The notes under the pieces were generated by a model, which was not told the origin of the DNA, ran no database searches, and saw only the letters and a list, made by a program, of their open reading frames with translations. The translations under genes were made by a program, and so were the position numbers. Of a stretch of 64,000 nucleotides of DNA, positions 58,601-64,000 are shown one piece after another. How positions within the stretch are numbered: position 1 is the stretch's first letter; each line of letters begins with the position of its first letter. Origin of the DNA: Eledone cirrhosa (Eukaryota); the NCBI GenBank assembly GCA_964016885.1, contig OZ024743.1, forward strand, positions 206,956,001 through 207,020,000, read 5' to 3'.

Positions 58601-61600
58601 TCCTTGGTACCATATATACGCTACTGGGAGCACATCCCACTGGTCAGCTCTGATACTGATCCTTGGCACCATATATACACTGCTGGGAGCTCATCCCACT
58701 GGTCAGCTCTGATACTGATCCTTGGTACCATATATACACTGCTGGGAGCTCATCCCACTGGTCAGCTCTGATACTGAGCCTTGGTACCATATATACACTG
58801 CTGGGAGCTCATCCCACTGGTCAGCATCAGCATACTGATCCTTGGTACCATATATACACTGCGGGGAGCTCATCCTACTGGTCAGCTCTGATACTGATCC
58901 TTGGTACCATATATACACTGAAGGGAGCTCATCCCACTGGTCAGCTATGATACTGATCCTTGGTACCATATATACACTGCTGGGAGCTCATCCCACTTGT
59001 CAGCTCTGATACTGATCCTTGGCACCATATATACACTGCTGGGAGCTCATCCCACTGGTCAGCTCTGATACTGATCCTTGGTACCAGATAAACACTGAAA
59101 GGAGCTCATCCCACTGGTCAGCTCCAGCATGCTGATCCTTGGCACCATATATTCACTGCTAGGAGCTCATCCCACTGGTCAGCTCCAGCATACTGATCCT
59201 TGGTACCATATATACACTGCTGGGAGCTCATCCCACTGGTCAGCTCCAGCATACTGATCCTTGGTACCATATATACGCTACTGGGAGCTCATCCTACTGG
59301 TCAGCTCTGATACTGATCCTTGGTACCATATATACACTGAAGGGAGCTCATCCCACTGGTCAGCTCTGATACTGATCCTTGGTACCATATATACACTGCT
59401 CGGAGCTCATCCCACTGGTCAGCTCTGATACTGATCCTTGGCACCATATATACACTGCTGGGATCTCATCCCACTGGTCAGCTCTGATACTGATCCTTGT
59501 TACCATATATACACTGAAGGGAGCTCATCCCACTGGTCATTTCTGATACTGATCCTTGGTACCATATATACACTGAAGGGATCTCATCCCACTGGTCAGC
59601 TCTGACAGTGATCCTTGGTACCATATATACACTGCAGGGAGCTCATCCCACTGGTCAGCTCCAGCATACTGATCCTTGGTACCATATATACACTGCTGGG
59701 AGCTCATCCCACTGGTCAGCTCTGATACTGATCCTTGGTACCATATATACACTGCAAGGAGCTCAACCCACTGGTCAGCTCCAGCATACTGATCCTTGGC
59801 ACCATATATTCACTGCTAGGAGCTCATCCCACTGGTCAGCTCCAGCATACTGATCCTTGGTACCATATATACACTGCTGGGAGCTCATCACACTGCTCAG
59901 CTCTGATACTGATCCTTGGTACCATATATACACTGAAGGGAGCTGATCCCACTGGTCAGCTCTGATACTGATCCTTGGTACCATATATACACTGCAGGGA
60001 GCTCATCCCACTGGTCAGATCTGATACTTATCCTTGGCACCATATATACACTGAAAGGAGCCCATCCCACTGGTCAGCTCTGATACTGATCCTTGGTACC
60101 AGATAAACACTGAAATGAGCTCATCCCACTGGTCAGCTTCAGCATACTGATCCTTGGTACCATATATACACTGCTGGAAGCTCATCCCACTGGTCAGCTC
60201 TGATACTGATCCTTGGTACCATATATACACTGAAGGGAGCTCATCCCACTGGTCAGCTCTGATACTGTTCCTTGGTACCATATATACACTTAAGGGAGCT
60301 CATCCCACTGGTAAGCTCCAGCATACTGATCCTTGTTACCATATATACACTGAAGGGAGCTCATCCCACTGGTCAGCTCTGATACTGATCCTTGGTACCA
60401 TATATACACTGCAGGGAGCTCATCCCACTGGTCAGCTCTGATACTGATCCTTGGCACCATATATACACTGAAGGGAGCTCATCCCACTGGTCAGCTCTGA
60501 TACTGATCCTTGGTACCAGATAAACACTGAAAGGAGCTCATCCCACTGGTCAGCTCCAGCATACTGATCCTTGGTACCATATATACACTGCTGGGAGCTC
60601 ATCCCACTGGTCAGCTCTGATACTGATCCTTGGTACCATATATACACTACTGGGAGCTTATCCCACTGGTCAGCTCTGATACTGATCCTTGGTACCAGAT
60701 AAACACTGAAAGGAGCTCATACCACTGGTCAGCTCCAGCATACTGATCCTTGGTACCATATATACACTGCTGGGAGCTCATCCCACTGGTCAGCTCTGAT
60801 AATGATCCTTGGTACCATATATACACTGCTGGGAGCTCATCCCACTGGTCAGCTCTGATACTGATCCTTGGTACCATATATACACTGCAGGGAGCTCATC
60901 CCACTGGTCAGCTCTGATACTGATTATTGGTACCATATATACACTACTGGGAGCTCATCCCACTGGTCAGCTCTGATACTGATCCTTGGTACCATATATA
61001 CACTGCTGGGAGCTCATCCCACTGGTCAGCTCTGATACTGATCCTTGGTAACAAATATACACTGAAGGGAGCTCATCCCACTGGTCAGCTCTGATACTGA
61101 TCCTTGGTACCACATAAAGACTGAAAGGAGCTCATCCCACTGGTCAGCTCCAGCATACTGATCCTTGGTACCATATATACACTGCTGGGAGCTCATCCCA
61201 CTGGTCAGCTCTGATACTGATCCTTGGTACCATATATACACTGCAGGGAGCTCATCCCACTGGTCAGCTCTGATACTGATCCTTGGTACCATATACACGC
61301 TACTGGGAGCTCATCCCACTGGTCAGCTCCAGCATACAGATCCTTGGTACCATATATACACTGCTGGGAGCTCATCCCACTGGTCAGCTCCAGCATACTG
61401 TTCCTTGGTACCATATATACACTGCAAGGAGCTCAACACACTGGTCAGCTCCAGCATACTGATCCTTGGCACCATATATTCACTGCTAGGAGCTCATCCC
61501 ACTGGTCAGCTCCAGCATACTGATCCTTGGTACCATATATACACTGCTGGGAGCTCATCCCACTGGTCAACTCCAGCATACTGATCTTGGTACCATATAT

Positions 61601-62470
61601 ACACTGCAGGGAGCTCATCCCACTGGTCAGCTCTGATACTGATCCTTGGTACCATATATACACTGCTGGGAGCTTATCCCACTGGTCAGCTCTGATACTG
61701 ATCCTTGGTACCATATATACACTGCAGGGAGCTCATCCCACTGGTCAGCTCTGATACTGATCCTTGGTACCATATATACACTGAAGGGAGCTCATCCCAC
61801 TGGTCAGCTCTGATACTGATCCTTGGTACCATCTATACACTGAAGGGAGCTCATCCCACTGGTCAGCTCTGATACTGATCCTTGGTACCATATATACACT
61901 GCAGGGAGCTCATCCCACTGGTCAGCTCTGATACTGATGCTTGGCACCATATATACACTACTGGGAGCTCATCCCACTGGTCAGCTCTGATACTGATCCT
62001 TGGTACCATATATACACTGAAAGGAGCCCATCCCACTGGTCAGCTCTGATACTGATCCTTGGTACCAGATAAACACTGAAATGAGCTCATCCCACTGGTC
62101 AGCTTCAGCATACTGATCCTTGGTACCATATATACACTGCTGGAAGCTCATCCCACTGGTCAGCTCTGATACTGATCCTTGGTACCATATATACGCTGAA
62201 GGGAGCTCATCCCACTGGTTAGCTCTGATACTGATCCTTGGTACCATGTATACACTTAAGGGAGCTCATCTCACTGGTCAGCTCTGATACTGATCCTTGG
62301 TACCATATATACACTACTGGGAGCTCATCCCACTAGTCAGCTCCAGCATACTGATCCTTGTTACCATATATACACTGAAGGGAGCTCATCCCACAGGTCA
62401 GCTCTGATACTGATCCTTGGCACCATATATACACTGAAGGGAGCTCATCCCACTGGTCAGCTCTGATACT
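45853..62470. repeat. Higher-order repeat, three tandem copies: 45853-51510 and 51511-57168 (5,658 bp, 95 monomers each) and 57169-62470 (5,302 bp)
   Basis: ORFs recur at offset 5658 (45917/51575/57233; 47347/53005/58663; 48699/54357/60015). In the third copy the offset falls to 5599 (one monomer lost near 60300) and then 5302 (297 bp lost near 62060). The length is accounted for by 95x59 + 27x2 - 1. Confidence 0.95.
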
Positions 62471-63366
62471 GATCCTTGGTACCAGATAAACACTGAAAGG
62501 AGCTCATCCCACTGGTCAGCTCCAGCATACTGATCCTTGGCACCATATATTCACTGCTAGGAGCTCATCCCACTGGTCAGCTCCAGCATACTGATCCTTG
62601 GTACCATATATACACTGCTGGGAGCTCATCCCACTGGTCAGCTCCAGCATACTGATCCTTGGTACCATATATACACATTGCAGGGAGCTCATCCCACTGG
62701 TCAGCTCTGATACTGATACTTGGTACCATATATACACTGAAGGGAGCTCATCCCACTGGTCAGCTCTGATACTAATCCTTGGTAACATATATACACTGAA
62801 GGGAGCTCATCCCACTGGTCAGCTCCAGCATACTGATCCTTGGTACCAGATAAACACTGAAGGGAGCTCATCCCACTGGTTAGCTCTGATACTGATCCTT
62901 GGTACCATATATACACTGAGGGTGCTCATCCCACTGGTCAGCTCTGATACTGATCCTTGGTGCCATATATACACTGAAGGGAGCTCATCCCACTGGTCAG
63001 CTCTGATACTGATCCTTGGCACCATATATACACTGCTGGGAGCTCATCCCACTGGTCAGCTCTGATACTGATCCTTGGTACCATATATACACTGCAGGGA
63101 GCTCATCCCACTGATCAGCTCTGATACTGATCCTTGGCACCATATATACACTGCTGGGAGCTCATCCCACTGGTCAGCTCTGATACTGATCCTTGGCACC
63201 ATATATACACTGCTGGGAGCTCATCCCACAGGTCAGCTCCAGCATACTGATCCTTGGTACCATATGTACACTGAAGGGAGCTCATCCCACAGGTCAGCTC
63301 TGATACTGATTCTTGGTACCATATATACACTGAAGGGAGCTCATCCCACAGGTCAGCTCTGATACT

Positions 63367-63790
63367 GATTCTTGGTATCATATATACACTGAAGGGAGCT
63401 CATCCCACAGGTCAGCTCCAGCATACTGATCCTTGGTACCATATGTACACTGAAGGGAGCTCATCCCACAGGTCAGCTCTGATACTGATTCTTGGTACCA
63501 TATATACACTGAAGGGAGATCATGCCACAGGTCAGCTCCAGCATACTGATCCTTGGTACCATATATACACTGAAGGGAGCTCATCCCACTGGTCAGCTCT
63601 GATACTGATTCTTGGTACCATATATACACTGCTGGGAGCTCATCTCACTGGTCAGCTCCAGCATACAGATCCTTGGTACCATATATACACTGCAGGGAGC
63701 TCATCCCACTGGTCAGCTCTGATACTGATTCTTGGTACCATATATACACTGAAGGGAGCTCATCCCACTTGTCAGCTCTGATACTAATCC
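63367..63790. repeat. Short 120-bp (61+59) dimeric periodicity
   Basis: The GATTCTTGG variant occurs at 63367, 63487, 63607 and 63727, exactly 120 bp apart. The first three each begin a 61-bp monomer followed by a 59-bp monomer. Confidence 0.8.
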
Positions 63791-64000
63791 TTGGAACCAT
63801 ATATACACTGCTGGGAGCTCATCCCACTGGTCAGCTCTGATACTGATTCTTAGTACTATATATACACTGCTGGGAGCTCATCCCACTGGTCAGCTCCAGC
63901 ATACTGATCCTTGGTACCATATATACACTGCTGGGAGCTCATCCCACTGGTCAGCTCTGATACTGATCCTTGGTACCATATATACACTGCTGGGAGCTCA

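Larger units (their letters stand above)
1..64000. repeat. Tandem satellite DNA array of 59-bp monomers with interspersed 61-bp variants, head-to-tail, open at both window edges
   Basis: The monomer GATCCTTGGTACCATATATACACTG(CT/CA/AA)GGGAGCTCATCCCACTGGTCAGCTC(TG/CAGC)ATACT repeats continuously from base 1 to 64000 in one orientation, typically with only a few substitutions per copy. I saw no non-repeat interruption. Confidence 0.99.

Noticed and set aside
341-63781. Numerous 60-155 aa ORFs on both strands (MVPRISIRADQW..., MVPYIHC...)
   Set aside because: They are translations of a non-triplet repeat that cycle through the same three peptides per strand. Their lengths are set by where 59- and 61-bp monomers shift frame relative to the recurring TGA stops. 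Most begin at TTG or GTG, or at repeat-internal ATG. I see no domain resemblance and no frame preservation.
1-64000. CRISPR array (about 60-bp period with partially palindromic repeats)
   Set aside because: There are no unique spacers, since the entire period is repeated with only a few variable bases. There is also no leader and no cas gene.
1-64000. Sequencing concatemer or rolling-circle artefact of a single small template
   Set aside because: Monomer variants, including rare multi-base ones, recur in the same order in blocks many kb apart with graded divergence. Random errors on one template would not produce this pattern.
1-64000. Synthetic construct suggested by regular KpnI, SacI and Sau3AI sites
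   Set aside because: There is no vector, marker or linker sequence, and the hierarchical mutation pattern indicates natural evolution.
1-64000. Telomeric repeat, CENP-B box, transposon insertion or inversion
   Set aside because: I saw no short G-rich telomere motif and no CpG-containing CENP-B box. I also saw no terminal inverted repeats, foreign sequence or strand switch anywhere in the window.

Overview
The whole 64 kb window is one uninterrupted, head-to-tail tandem array (satellite DNA) of a 59-bp monomer, consensus GATCCTTGGTACCATATATACACTGCTGGGAGCTCATCCCACTGGTCAGCTCTGATACT (about 49% GC, no CpG). It is interspersed with a 61-bp variant ending ...AGCTCCAGCATACT, giving roughly 1,070-1,080 monomers in total (estimated from length). 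I see no genes, RNA genes, transposons, CRISPR spacers, inversions or unique sequence. All ORFs in the track are by-products of translating the repeat. The information lies in the order of monomer variants, which records nested multi-kb tandem duplications: a 2,922/2,861-bp pair (3085-8867), a 651-bp pair (17496-18797), a 4,994-bp pair (29211-39196), a ~4,458-bp pair (37593-46486), and three copies of a 5,658-bp unit (45853-62470). These are superimposed on older, more degraded 6-7 kb duplications. Other points of note are a hairpin created specifically by the 61-bp variant, a 17-19 bp sub-repeat inside the monomer, a stepwise GATACT slippage series, an apparent excess of G:C>T:A changes, and a nascent 120-bp dimer at the right end. 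The array looks like eukaryotic satellite DNA, but I cannot identify the organism, family or function from sequence alone.
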